Of a DNA stretch of 64,000 nucleotides, positions 47,704 through 57,693 are shown in pieces. The notes beneath the pieces were generated by a model, which was not told the DNA's origin, did not search any database, and saw nothing but the letters and a program-made list of their open reading frames with translations. Location: the NCBI GenBank assembly GCA_016866495.1, contig VGMG01000006.1:28513-92512 (forward strand), given 5' to 3'. The position numbers were made by a program, and so were the translations under genes. This DNA comes from Chlamydiota bacterium. Lineage in GTDB: Bacteria > Chlamydiota > Chlamydiia > Chlamydiales > RGXB01. Position 1 is the first letter of the stretch; each line of letters begins with the position of its first letter.

Positions 47704-50700
47704 TTAAAGCTCCTGCTGAATATACTGGACTTCAAATGTCTTCACGATATCGCCGACTTGCACATCATTGTAGCCTTTGAAAAGAATACCGCATTCAAGC
47801 CCTTTTTGAACTTCTTTAACGTCTTCTTTTACGCGTTTCAATGATTGAATCTCACCGTCAAAAACGATCTCTGAGTTGCGGTAGACTTTAGCAATGTGGT
47901 TACGTTTTACAGTGCCACTTGTTACCATACATCCTGCAATCACTCCAAGGTTGGAGGCCTTGAATGTTGCTCGAACTTCAACTTCAGCCATTTCGTTTTC
48001 AATACGTAGCTTATCGAGGAGTTGTGTCATAAGCTCTTTAGCGTCGTCAACAAGATGGTAAATCACATCGTGGTGATGGATTTTAATCTTGTGAGTGCGA
48101 ACAAAAGATTCGATACTTTTATCGGTTTTTGTGTGGAAACCAAAGATCACAGCATTGGAAGTCATCGCGAGCTCAGCATCTGTTAGGGTAATCATGCCTA
48201 AGCCCTCAGAAACAAACTGAATTAAAACTTTTTCAGTTGGGATCTTGAGTAGGGAGTCTTTAATCGCCTCCAGCGAGCCCTGTACATCCGCTTTTACAAT
48301 CACGTTAAAAATCTTTTTCTCCTGACGCGTAGCATTAGCTTGCAGCATAGAACCAAGATTAAAGGACTGTTTTCTCAGTCTGCTTTTGCGTGACTCAGCT
48401 TCTCTTTGCTCACAGATTTTTCTAGCCTCTTTTTCGCTTTTAACAACGATAAAATCACTGCCAGATGGGGGAACGTCCGAAAGTCCTGTGACTCTCACAG
48501 CGTGAGAGGGTCCAGCAGACTTTAGTGCATTTTGGTGCTCATCCTGAATGGTTTTTACTCTAGCATAGGCTTGACCAAATACGATTGCATCGGAGATTCG
48601 AAGCGTTCCGTTTTGAATAAGCAGCGTTGCAGAGGGCCCTAGACCTTTGATAATTTGGGATTCAAGAACTGTTCCACGTGCTCTGGATTGCGGATTCGCT
48701 TTCAACTCGAGGATTTCAGACTGTAAAGCTAGAAGCTCGCTCAGCTCAGAAATTCCTTCGCCTGTAAGAGCCGAGCAGTTCACTGTAGGAACCTCTCCAC
48801 CCCATGCTTCAGGTAATAGTTCTCGATCAGCCATTTGGCGATAGACTTTTTCGGGGTCAAATCCCTCTTTGTCCATCTTATTTATGGCAAAAATCATCGG
48901 TAGCTTAGCCTCTTTTGCAATACGGATGGCCTCATCGGTTTGCACCTTGAAACCTTCGTCTCCTGCAACAACCAAAACAACAATGTCTGTGACACTGGCG
49001 CCACGCGAGCGGATAGTTGTAAAGGCCTCGTGACCAGGTGTGTCTAATATAGTGATGTCGCCGTTCGCAGTGTGGCAGCTAAAAGCTCCGATGTGCTGCG
49101 TAATGGCACCTGCTTCTTTTGAAGTAAGATTACTTTTACGTAAGGCATCGATTAGGCTGGTTTTCCCGTGATCGACGTGACCCATAAAAGTGACTACCGG
49201 AGGTCTTGAGGCGAGTTGATCTGGCTCGGAGGCAGTGATCTCCTCAAGGATAGATTTACCGGTAATATCCATTCGGTCTTGCTTGGAGGTATCGATAGAA
49301 ATATCACACCCAAAATCTTGACCGACTAGTTGAACAACAACCTCGTCATCGAGCATGTCATTTAACATGCATTTGATACCGTGAGTTAAAAGTTTTGCAA
49401 TTACTTCAACTGCTTTTAACTTCATCTCAGCTGCTAAATCTTTTACCGAAATAGGAAGTGTTACAGAGATAGCTTTAGGTCTTAAAATTTCCTCTGCAGC
49501 ATTCGATTTAGCAATGTGTGTCTTAAATTTGCGACGGTGGAATTCATCCTCATCATCTCTCAGTCCATGACGATCACGGCTATCAAAATGTTTCGAAGGT
49601 TCGTTGAGTCTTCGCTTTTTCTTCTCTTCATCCTTTAAGGGTAGGCCCTTCTTAGTAGGGGGGAGCGAGCGTCTTGAGCCCGGCTCTGCTTGGACAGGAG
49701 GAAAATTAGCCCCTTGTACAAATGAAGGTCTTTGAAATGGTGGACGAGCTCCTTGCGGACGTGGTCCAAAGCCGGGTCGGCCACCCTCTCTTGGAGGATA
49801 GCGTCTCTCACCACCTTCGCGTGGAGGGTAAGAGCCGCGCTCTGCACCTTCGCGTGGCGGGTAGGGTCGTCTCTCACCACCTTCACGTGGTGGGTAAGGT
49901 CTTCTCTCTCCACCTTCACGGGGAGGATAAGGTCTTCTCTCTCCGCCTTCACGGGGAGGATAAGGTCTTCTTTCACCGCCTTCTCGAGGAGGATAAGAGC
50001 TACGTTCACCACCTTCGCGTGGCGGGTAGGGTCGTCTCTCTCCACCCTCTCTTGGTGGGTATGGTCTTCTTTCACCACCTTCACGTGGTGGGTAGGGTCT
50101 TCTTTCACCACCTTCGCGTGGTGGGTAGGGTCTTCTTTCACCACCTTCTCCTGGAGGATAAGAACTGCGTTCGCCACCTTCGCGCGGTGGGTAGGGTCTT
50201 CTTTCACCACCTTCTCTTGGAGGATAAGAACTGCGTTCGCCACCTTCGCGTGGTGGGTAGGGTCTTCTCTCACCACCTTCTCTTGGAGGATAAGAACCGC
50301 GTTCGCCACCTTCGCGCGGTGGGTAGGGTCTTCTTTCCCCACCTTCGCGTGGTGGATAAGATCTTCTTTCGTCGCCTTCGCGTGGTGGATAAGAACCTCT
50401 TTCGCTACCTTCTCTAGGTGGATAGGATCTTCTTTCGTCGCCTTCGCGGGGTGGGTATGAACGTCTTTCTGAAGGGTAGGGTCTAGCTTGGTCTGAAGCT
50501 GCAGTACCTTGTGAGGATTGTTCTTGATTTGATGGTGGTGCCGTATAGCGTCTTTCAGTTGAGTAAGAAGAGGTAAATCTAGGTTCAGCACGTCCTGATA
50601 CGCGTTGATCGCTATTTTCGTCTCTTGGTCCAGTATTGTGTGAGGAGCGAGTATAACCGTCCGCAGGTTTTTCAAAGCTCATGCTTTTCGGTTGAAAGCC

Positions 50701-51165
50701 TGAGGGTTTAGAGGTTCTATCAGAAGAAAATCCAGGACGAGTAGTTCTTTGTTGGGGTTCAATCGAACGCTGCGCTCTTGGTTCAAATGAAGACGCAGGT
50801 TTATCAGTTTTTGTAGGCACTTCATCCTCAAATGATTTTTCCGAAACCTCTTCTTTGAAGATCTCTTTTTCGATCTGCGAGAGACGCTCTTCTTTAGGAT
50901 GAGATTCGATTATAGGTTTTGTCTTTTCGATAGCGGGCTCATCGAACGTGACAGGTGTTTCCTTAGCTTCTGGAGCTACAGCTTTTTTGGCCCGGGAAAC
51001 TTTTTTTGGTGCTGGTTTTTCCGTTACTTGAGATTCAACCGTCTTGGTTTCTATCTCGTTGTCTTTGGTCAAAGTCTCAGAAGGTTCGCCTTTTTTTTGG
51101 CGAATCCCTTTGAGAACTTGACTGAGTTGACTGTTTTTAACGTTAATCTTTAGATTCTTAGCCAA
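47704..51165 (-). CDS. infB: Translation initiation factor IF-2 with repeat-expanded N-terminal region
   Basis: 1153 aa, TTG start. G-domain [24 protein letters not shown]. The N-terminal half is low complexity and holds ~20 tandem 11-aa units. Confidence 0.95.
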   Translation of the reverse strand: MAKNLKINVKNSQLSQVLKGIRQKKGEPSETLTKDNEIETKTVESQVTEKPAPKKVSRAKKAVAPEAKETPVTFDEPAIEKTKPIIESHPKEERLSQIEKEIFKEEVSEKSFEDEVPTKTDKPASSFEPRAQRSIEPQQRTTRPGFSSDRTSKPSGFQPKSMSFEKPADGYTRSSHNTGPRDENSDQRVSGRAEPRFTSSYSTERRYTAPPSNQEQSSQGTAASDQARPYPSERRSYPPREGDERRSYPPREGSERGSYPPREGDERRSYPPREGGERRPYPPREGGERGSYPPREGGERRPYPPREGGERSSYPPREGGERRPYPPREGGERSSYPPGEGGERRPYPPREGGERRPYPPREGGERRPYPPREGGERRPYPPREGGERSSYPPREGGERRPYPPREGGERRPYPPREGGERRPYPPREGGERRPYPPREGAERGSYPPREGGERRYPPREGGRPGFGPRPQGARPPFQRPSFVQGANFPPVQAEPGSRRSLPPTKKGLPLKDEEKKKRRLNEPSKHFDSRDRHGLRDDEDEFHRRKFKTHIAKSNAAEEILRPKAISVTLPISVKDLAAEMKLKAVEVIAKLLTHGIKCMLNDMLDDEVVVQLVGQDFGCDISIDTSKQDRMDITGKSILEEITASEPDQLASRPPVVTFMGHVDHGKTSLIDALRKSNLTSKEAGAITQHIGAFSCHTANGDITILDTPGHEAFTTIRSRGASVTDIVVLVVAGDEGFKVQTDEAIRIAKEAKLPMIFAINKMDKEGFDPEKVYRQMADRELLPEAWGGEVPTVNCSALTGEGISELSELLALQSEILELKANPQSRARGTVLESQIIKGLGPSATLLIQNGTLRISDAIVFGQAYARVKTIQDEHQNALKSAGPSHAVRVTGLSDVPPSGSDFIVVKSEKEARKICEQREAESRKSRLRKQSFNLGSMLQANATRQEKKIFNVIVKADVQGSLEAIKDSLLKIPTEKVLIQFVSEGLGMITLTDAELAMTSNAVIFGFHTKTDKSIESFVRTHKIKIHHHDVIYHLVDDAKELMTQLLDKLRIENEMAEVEVRATFKASNLGVIAGCMVTSGTVKRNHIAKVYRNSEIVFDGEIQSLKRVKEDVKEVQKGLECGILFKGYNDVQVGDIVKTFEVQYIQQEL
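49780..50484 (-). repeat. Intragenic tandem repeat: ~20 units of 33 bp encoding [11 protein letters not shown]-type 11-mers
   Basis: Counted from the translation: 20 full units plus a terminal partial one and a degenerate leading one. The DNA units differ mostly by synonymous codon choices. A ~66-bp higher-order period is visible around 50150-50290. Confidence 0.9.
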
Positions 51166-52441
51166 TCGAACTTCCTACGTGCTTGCGAATGCGGTCGATA
51201 GTGTCCTCGACAATCTCAAGGCTTAAGCCAGTTTCGCGAGAGATCTCAGCAGCATTCTTTTGTAAAATTTTTCTCATCGTGTCCAGACCCCCTTGGATGT
51301 AGGCATCAATCACGAGGTGATTGACTCCTTGCAGTTCGGTGAGGGGCGAATCAAGAATGGGCTCTTCAGAAAGAGCTAGTCTTCGTTGCTCCTCGAAAGC
51401 ACCACGCTCGAATTCAGATTCCTTGAAGATTTCTAATCTTCTTTCGAGAAGGTCAGCTGTCAGACGGGCATTAGCACCGCGTCTACCGAGAGCTGAGGGA
51501 TAAGATTCGTCCGCAACAACGATCACAAAATCGCCCTCTTCTGTCTCGTCAATACGACGAATATCACAAGGAGATAAAGCGTTTTTGAGAAGTTGAACTG
51601 GATTATCATTCCAGGGGAAAAGGTCAATTTTTTCATGACCAAGTTCTCTTAGAACGTTTTTAATGCGACTACCGCGAACACCAACACATGCCCCAACAGG
51701 ATCCAGTTTTAGGTCTGATGAGACTAGAGCGATTTTCGTGCGGAATCCTGCATCGCGTACGATTCTGCGAATTTGAATGACACCTTCGGCTAATTCAGGT
51801 ACCTCTTGCTGCAAAAGAGCAACGACAAAGTCTGGGTGACTACGAGAGAGAATCACCTCTGCTCCACCGCTTTCGGTATCTTGAACCTCTAAAAGAAGAG
51901 CCAGAACCTTATCACCTACGGCGTAAGTTTCGCCTTTAGGATAAAAACGTGTAGGCAGAAGAGCTTCGACTTTCCCTAGATCAACTATGAGGGTACCCCC
52001 TTTGGAGATTCTTCGGATGGAACCAGAGATGATCTCTCCGGCTCGATGACGAAACTCTTCGTAAATAACCTCTTTTTCTGCACCGCGCAGTTTTTGAGAG
52101 ATCACCTGACGTGCAGTTTGCGCAGCAATCCGCCCAAAGTCTTCGGGAGTAACCTCGATATCGATCCAGTCGCCAATCTTGACCTTTGGATCAAGAGCTT
52201 GTGCATCTTTGAGAAGGATCTCCTCTTCCGGATACTCTACTTGGTCAACGACCTCTTTGTGTGCGATCGCGACAATAGAACCGGTTTTAGGATTGACTTC
52301 AACAACAACATTGTTGACGCCTTTGTTCTTTTTGCGCGCTGCGATTGTAAGGGACTCTTCGATAGCCTTGATGATCACATCGCGTTTGATCCCTTTTTCT
52401 CTTTCGAGATACTCAAATATGGCAATAAGCTCTTTATTCAT
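51158..52441 (-). CDS. nusA: Transcription termination/antitermination factor NusA
   Basis: 427 aa. N-terminal domain, S1 domain and two KH domains (GACVGVRGSRI, LGRRGANARL). Stop overlaps the infB start by 8 nt. Confidence 0.95.
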   Translation of the reverse strand: MNKELIAIFEYLEREKGIKRDVIIKAIEESLTIAARKKNKGVNNVVVEVNPKTGSIVAIAHKEVVDQVEYPEEEILLKDAQALDPKVKIGDWIDIEVTPEDFGRIAAQTARQVISQKLRGAEKEVIYEEFRHRAGEIISGSIRRISKGGTLIVDLGKVEALLPTRFYPKGETYAVGDKVLALLLEVQDTESGGAEVILSRSHPDFVVALLQQEVPELAEGVIQIRRIVRDAGFRTKIALVSSDLKLDPVGACVGVRGSRIKNVLRELGHEKIDLFPWNDNPVQLLKNALSPCDIRRIDETEEGDFVIVVADESYPSALGRRGANARLTADLLERRLEIFKESEFERGAFEEQRRLALSEEPILDSPLTELQGVNHLVIDAYIQGGLDTMRKILQKNAAEISRETGLSLEIVEDTIDRIRKHVGSSIG

Positions 52442-52453
52442 CGGTTGCCCTTA

Positions 52454-54157
52454 TTATCGTTTTTTACCATCAAGAACAATTGCGTCACGGCTAGTTTTAG
52501 TAGAGCCGAGTTCATGTTCTTTGATTGAAAGGGAGATTTTCTTGTGTTCGCGATCAATTTTGATCACTTTAGCTTCCACATCAGATCCGACACGAACCAC
52601 ATCTTCAATTTTATTGAAAGGGCGGTCTGAAAGTTCTGAAACGTGAACAAGTCCTTCGATACCGTTAGCAAGTTCCACGAACGCGCCAAATGCAGTGATT
52701 TTCGTAACTTTGCCACGAACAACGCTGCCTACTGGCATTGTCTCTTCGATAGACTGCCATGGATTGTCAGTAAGTTGTTTCACTCCAAGCGTGATTTTCT
52801 TGCTCTCTTTGTCAACGGAAAGGATAACAGCTTCCACGTAGTCACCTTTTTTGAGGACTTCGGAAGGGTGAGATACTTTTTTGATCCAGCTGAGGTCGGA
52901 GATATGGATGAGTCCATCAACACCAGGTTCAAGCTCAACAAATGCACCGTAGTTGGTGAGATTGCGGATCTCAACTTTTACCGATTTACCCACTTGGTAA
53001 CGCTCATCGACGTTGTCCCATGGGTTTTCCTCTGTTTGCTTGATACCGAGAGAAATTTTCCCTTCGTCTTTTTGGATGGATAGGACAATCGCTTCCACTT
53101 CGTCACCACGATTTACGACTTGGCTAGGATCGGTAACGTTTTTGACCCATGACATTTCTGAAACGTGGATCAAACCCTCGATTCCTGCTTCAAGCTCAAT
53201 AAAGGCACCGTAGGGAACTAGGTTTACGATTTTTCCACGTACGCGAGTTCCGATTGGATATTTCGCTTCGATTTCGTCCCATGGATTGTGATCTTTTTGC
53301 TTGAGTCCAAGCGCTACTCGACCTTTATCCTTGTCGACGCTCAAGATCATGACTTCGACTTCATCGCCAAGTTGAACAAGTTCAGATGGGTGGCGTACAC
53401 GCTTCCATGCCATATCAGTGATGTGGAGAAGACCGTCGATTCCGTCTAGGTCCAAGAAGGCTCCGAAGTCTGTGATGTTCTTTACAACACCGATGCGGAT
53501 ATCGCCAGGTTGGATATCGTCAAGCATTTCAGCTTTTTTGGAGACGCGCTCATCTTCGATGATTTCACGACGAGAAACAACAATGTTCTTTCTGTCAATA
53601 TTGATTTTTAGGATTTTTACTTCGAATACTTTGTCAAGGAATTCGTCTACAGTCTTGATACGTTTGTTGTCGATTTGTGAACCAGGGAGGAACGCCTCAA
53701 CTCCGATGTCCACCATCAACCCGCCTTTAACTTTACGAGTGACTTTACCTTTAACGATAGAGCCCTCTTCGCAATGGTTAACGATGTATTCCCAACGACG
53801 TTGCTTGATAGCTTTTTCTCTAGATACAACGATTTGACCGTTGTCGCCTTCGGTTTGATCCAAAAGAACCTCGACTTCGCCACCAATAATGATCTCATTT
53901 GGATCTTCGAATTCACCGAGCGGAATAAGCCCTTCAGATTTCAGTCCCACGTCCACAATAACAAAATCTTTAGTTACTAGAACAATCCGCCCTTTAAGGA
54001 TTTGTCCTGGAACCATGGTGCTTACGGCTGTGGTATCTTCGGCATGAGAGCCTTTGATAAATTTATTGAAAAGTTCGCGGTCGGAAGCGCTGAAATTCTC
54101 CTCGTCAAGAATTTTGCTCTCGTCTTGGATCCAGACGCTGTGTTGTTTAGTGGACAT
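52454..54157 (-). CDS. rpsA: 30S ribosomal protein S1
   Basis: 567 aa with six S1 repeats (recurrent G..V.G.V..I..FGAF..L...EGL.H.S). Confidence 0.95.
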   Translation of the reverse strand: MSTKQHSVWIQDESKILDEENFSASDRELFNKFIKGSHAEDTTAVSTMVPGQILKGRIVLVTKDFVIVDVGLKSEGLIPLGEFEDPNEIIIGGEVEVLLDQTEGDNGQIVVSREKAIKQRRWEYIVNHCEEGSIVKGKVTRKVKGGLMVDIGVEAFLPGSQIDNKRIKTVDEFLDKVFEVKILKINIDRKNIVVSRREIIEDERVSKKAEMLDDIQPGDIRIGVVKNITDFGAFLDLDGIDGLLHITDMAWKRVRHPSELVQLGDEVEVMILSVDKDKGRVALGLKQKDHNPWDEIEAKYPIGTRVRGKIVNLVPYGAFIELEAGIEGLIHVSEMSWVKNVTDPSQVVNRGDEVEAIVLSIQKDEGKISLGIKQTEENPWDNVDERYQVGKSVKVEIRNLTNYGAFVELEPGVDGLIHISDLSWIKKVSHPSEVLKKGDYVEAVILSVDKESKKITLGVKQLTDNPWQSIEETMPVGSVVRGKVTKITAFGAFVELANGIEGLVHVSELSDRPFNKIEDVVRVGSDVEAKVIKIDREHKKISLSIKEHELGSTKTSRDAIVLDGKKR

Positions 54158-54190
54158 GTTAAAGGGTTCTCCTAGGGTTTTTACGTTTTG

Positions 54191-54219
54191 TTGACAAGTC
54201 TAGCAAGCCTCTGTAATAA
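54191..54219 (+). promoter_or_regulatory. Sigma70-like promoter candidate (TTGACA-17-TAATAA) upstream of the aspartokinase gene
   Basis: Consensus -35 at 54191-54196, 17-nt spacer, -10 TAATAA at 54214-54219. 36 nt before ATG 54256. Confidence 0.4.
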
Positions 54220-54255
54220 AAATCAACACATTTGCTACCCTTTAAAAGGTTTAAT

Positions 54256-55041
54256 ATGCGCTTGAGAATTGTCTTAAAATTTGGGGGGAAATCCCTAAGC
54301 TCTGTGGAAAAAATCCATAAAATAAAAGATATAATAAAATTTTACATTGATACTGGGTACCAACCGATTGTAGTGGTAAGCGCTATGGGTAACACTACTG
54401 ACGAGCTTCTGAATCTTGCACATACTGTTGTGTCAGCACCACCTAAGCGGGAGTTGGATATGCTGGTTTCTTGTGGTGAAAGAATTAGCATGGCTTTGCT
54501 TACTATGGCGCTTGTAGATAGCGGGGTTCAAGCAGTTTCTTTTACCGGAAGCCAATCCGGAATTTTGACAACTAATGATTTTACCGAAGCAAAAATTATT
54601 TGTGTAAGACCCCATCGGATTGAGGAGGCTCTTAAAAAAGGATTCATAGTTGTGGTTGCAGGATTTCAGGGGGTTTCACAAGATCGGGAGGTGACTACAC
54701 TAGGGCGTGGCGGTTCGGACACCACCGCCGTGGCGCTTTGTCATGCCCTTTGCGCACAAAAAGTTTGTTACTTTAAAGATGTGGAGGGTCTATTTACCGA
54801 AAACCCACGCCTGAATCCCGAGGCAACTCTTGTGGAAAAAATTGATTATAGCGGAGCTGAGGCCCTTTTGGAAAACGAGAAGCGACCCTTATTACACATT
54901 AGAGCTTTAATTCTAGCTAAAAAATTATCTGTCCCACTTGAGATTTTATCTTACGAAAAAGGGTCTGATCTTCTAAAAGCGGGGACGGTTATTCATGAAA
55001 ACACCCCTTTAAAAAAAGAATTCATTACCTCAGAGCTCTAA
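54256..55041 (+). CDS. Aspartokinase catalytic domain only (amino-acid kinase fold, no ACT domains)
   Basis: LKFGGKSL, VVVSAMGNTTDEL, TTLGRGGSDTTA. The ORF ends right after the GT.I segment where ACT domains begin in LysC-type enzymes. Confidence 0.8.
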   Translation: MRLRIVLKFGGKSLSSVEKIHKIKDIIKFYIDTGYQPIVVVSAMGNTTDELLNLAHTVVSAPPKRELDMLVSCGERISMALLTMALVDSGVQAVSFTGSQSGILTTNDFTEAKIICVRPHRIEEALKKGFIVVVAGFQGVSQDREVTTLGRGGSDTTAVALCHALCAQKVCYFKDVEGLFTENPRLNPEATLVEKIDYSGAEALLENEKRPLLHIRALILAKKLSVPLEILSYEKGSDLLKAGTVIHENTPLKKEFITSEL

Positions 55042-55198
55042 TTTTTTCACTCTCATTAATTGTATAGAGATGAATTATTTTTCAAAAAAAAACTAGAACT
55101 GCTATATGTGCTAAAAAACTCCCGATGGGTAAAAGGAAATTTTTTCTTTTATCGATTATTTCAAGGTTTTTTAAAAGTATAAATGGTGCGAAATACGC

Positions 55199-57025
55199 AT
55201 GGCCAAACCCCATCCTAATCCCTCCTCACCAAAGGTATTGGATTTTTATCGCTCGACTAAAGAGCGAATCATGCAGCAAATTTTTTCAAATTGCGAGCAT
55301 GTCAAAGAGCTTGTGGATCGTCCCGTGCTTTTACGTTCAAAGCTCCCTTTGCTTTTTGTTGAAAGGGCACAAGAGCATCCTTTAGGCGTAAGTATCTATC
55401 TGCTATCGAGAGAAAAAGAGGGATTATCGCACTATTTTTTCACGCAATGCTCTACCTCTTTGATCCCCTCTCAGATCACCCCTTTGGAGCGTTTTTTTGC
55501 CTCAAATGTCCGTTTGGAGGGGTACGAGGGCGCCTTAACTTTGATTGAGGCCTATGTTGTTTTTCGCTCCCAAGAGGAGTTTGTCCTTTTTAATGAACAT
55601 CTGGACCGTTTTATGGAAGAGGTCCGTCGTGGTTGTGAAAAAGAGGATATACTTGAGCGTACCTTTGATAGAAGGCGATCAGGAGTGAATCAGGAATATC
55701 TGCACTTGCAAGATTTCATCCAGTTTCTTATAAAGCGTGTTCCTTTTTCCCGCCTTCAAACGGAGAAGTTTTTGCGTCGTTTTTGGGTCGAATTCAATGA
55801 AAGAATTGAGTCGGATCCTCTAAAGGGAAAATGGAAAAAGTGGTTTGTTCGCTACGTTCTTTTGCAAAAAGAGATCCGGGAGCTGGAGGAGAGCACTTTT
55901 GAGGAAAGAGAACACCGAGTTCAGGTTTTTAATTTAGAAAGCTCTTCTCAGAGAGCTACCCTGGGACTTGCTCTCTATTTGCCATTAGCTCCTAATGAGG
56001 TTTTTGAGCTCAAACATCTTAAAAAATCTTTACAGCTGATCCATCCCTCTATTGATGTAGACGAGAAAAGCTTTATTCGGTTGCACCATGACTCCATATT
56101 TTTAGTTGAAGTACAAACCCATCTTGACCGTCGAGAGATAGAGAGAGGTCTTAAATTCACTTTGAGCTCTTCGATTGAAAGATACGTCCACCAGGTCTTC
56201 ATGCCCAGAAATGAAGAGGACGTGATGCGTAGAATTGTTACCCTTTGTAACGAGATTAGCTCAAAAGAGGATATTCCTCAGGTGGCGATCCATTTTGAAA
56301 GACAGTATGAGACCTATTTGAGCTACCTTGTCTTGATTGTGAAACCCTATGACAATCTTCCAATTGAAAGATTGACCACAATTAGAAAGCAGGGGATTGG
56401 TGTTCATCTCGAAGCAACGAGACGATTTTACCAAAGACTTGTTGAGATTGAAGCCTCTACAGTGCGCCTAGATATCGATTTGACAGGTTTTATCAGAGCT
56501 GATCACTCGATAGATTCTTTGAAAGTAAGAGCTCACATCACCGATTTTTTAAAGAAAATATTTCCTCAATTTCGGGATTACAACGGGGGGATGATCTCCA
56601 AGCAAATTGATAATCTCCGCCTATTCAAAGCTCTTTTGAAAGATCATGACGAGATGTGCCTGGAGAATTTTTTTCTTTCATTGCAACCTGTCGAGATACA
56701 GTATTTATCTAAACTAGACCCTCTGATGGAGATGTTTCATTTTTTCATGAGTGGCTCCAAGAATCTTACCGGAGAACATTTGATTAAAAAAGGGCAGGAA
56801 GGGGTCTTAATTTTATCTTCCATGCGCATGGCGGCTAAAATCGATGAGGCTGCTAAGCTTTGTATAAAAACCAAATTTGAATGGATAAAAAGCCAGGTCT
56901 TAATTTGGGGAAAAAGCTTTCATCTATTCTACCTTTATCAACCTCAACCCGAAACCATGTTAAAATTTGAGGAGATGATGAACCAAATTTTTCTTGAGCG
57001 TATTGACAAGGGTGTGATTACATAG
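55199..57025 (+). CDS. Hypothetical protein (608 aa; start may be ATG 55271)
   Basis: Long uninterrupted ORF ending 5 nt before rpe. No TM segment, no nucleotide-binding or catalytic motif I recognise. The internal ATG 55271 has an AAGAG 6 nt upstream. Confidence 0.6.
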   Translation: MAKPHPNPSSPKVLDFYRSTKERIMQQIFSNCEHVKELVDRPVLLRSKLPLLFVERAQEHPLGVSIYLLSREKEGLSHYFFTQCSTSLIPSQITPLERFFASNVRLEGYEGALTLIEAYVVFRSQEEFVLFNEHLDRFMEEVRRGCEKEDILERTFDRRRSGVNQEYLHLQDFIQFLIKRVPFSRLQTEKFLRRFWVEFNERIESDPLKGKWKKWFVRYVLLQKEIRELEESTFEEREHRVQVFNLESSSQRATLGLALYLPLAPNEVFELKHLKKSLQLIHPSIDVDEKSFIRLHHDSIFLVEVQTHLDRREIERGLKFTLSSSIERYVHQVFMPRNEEDVMRRIVTLCNEISSKEDIPQVAIHFERQYETYLSYLVLIVKPYDNLPIERLTTIRKQGIGVHLEATRRFYQRLVEIEASTVRLDIDLTGFIRADHSIDSLKVRAHITDFLKKIFPQFRDYNGGMISKQIDNLRLFKALLKDHDEMCLENFFLSLQPVEIQYLSKLDPLMEMFHFFMSGSKNLTGEHLIKKGQEGVLILSSMRMAAKIDEAAKLCIKTKFEWIKSQVLIWGKSFHLFYLYQPQPETMLKFEEMMNQIFLERIDKGVIT

Positions 57026-57030
57026 AAACG

Positions 57031-57693
57031 ATGAAAAAAGTGAAAATTTCTGCTTCTATCATCGGCGGAGATATGTGTTGTCTGGCCGACGAGTTAAAAA
57101 AAATTGAAGAGAGTGGAGCCGACATGCTGCACCTCGATGTGATGGATGGAAATTTCGTGGACAATATCACATTTGGACCCGATACCGTAAGAGGTCTTAG
57201 ATCTAGATCAAAAATGTTTTTCGATGTCCATTTGATGATCTACCGAGTTTACGACTATGTTGAGCGCTTCAAAAAAGCGGGGGCTGATCGACTCACCTTC
57301 CAAGTGGAGGCGACCGAGTATGTAGACGATACCATTAAGTTTATTAAAACTTGCAATATGCAGGTGGGTCTTGCCATATCCCCAGAGACAAATCCAGAAC
57401 TGCTTTTACCTCACCTAGCTAAAGTTGATCAGGTAATTGTAATGACAGTTCATCCTGGATTTGCAGGGCAAAAATTTATGGAAGAGATGGTGGATCGAAT
57501 CGAATTTCTTAGCGCCATGAAAAAAAATCACCCCGATTTAAAATTTGAAATATCTGTTGATGGGGGTGTTCATCTGGAAAATGCAAATAAATGCATCGAT
57601 GCTGGAGCAGATATTTTAGTCTCTGCAAGTGCGCTTTTCGATAAAAAATCCTCGATGAAAGAAATCGTTCACAAAATGCGGGGCGGAAGGTGA
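57031..57693 (+). CDS. rpe: Ribulose-phosphate 3-epimerase
   Basis: 220 aa. SIIGGD, LHLDVMDGNFV, VMTVHPGFAGQKF, VDGG motifs. Confidence 0.93.
   Translation: MKKVKISASIIGGDMCCLADELKKIEESGADMLHLDVMDGNFVDNITFGPDTVRGLRSRSKMFFDVHLMIYRVYDYVERFKKAGADRLTFQVEATEYVDDTIKFIKTCNMQVGLAISPETNPELLLPHLAKVDQVIVMTVHPGFAGQKFMEEMVDRIEFLSAMKKNHPDLKFEISVDGGVHLENANKCIDAGADILVSASALFDKKSSMKEIVHKMRGGR

Noticed and set aside
49780-50484. Possible CRISPR array or other spacer-containing repeat locus
   Set aside because: The units are directly abutting 33-bp repeats with no unique spacers. They lie in frame inside infB, and no cas genes are present in the window.
49635-50675. Three long ORFs (346 aa on the minus strand; 231 and 242 aa on the plus strand) overlapping the infB repeat region
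   Set aside because: They are frame-shifted or antisense readings of the 33-bp tandem repeat. Periodic sequence lacking stop codons in several frames generates them automatically. The infB frame is the only one continuous with a recognisable G-domain.
52046-53837. Series of 139-160-aa plus-strand ORFs antisense to nusA and rpsA (52046-52528, 52179-52646, 52643-53083, 53418-53837)
   Set aside because: Their translations are low-complexity and carry no motifs. They lie entirely inside highly conserved, confidently called genes. This is typical of stop-poor antisense frames of codon-biased genes.
55125-55385. 86-aa ORF overlapping the start of the 608-aa hypothetical gene
   Set aside because: It is in a different frame overlapping the much longer ORF, has no ribosome-binding site, and its hydrophobic or odd composition looks non-coding.
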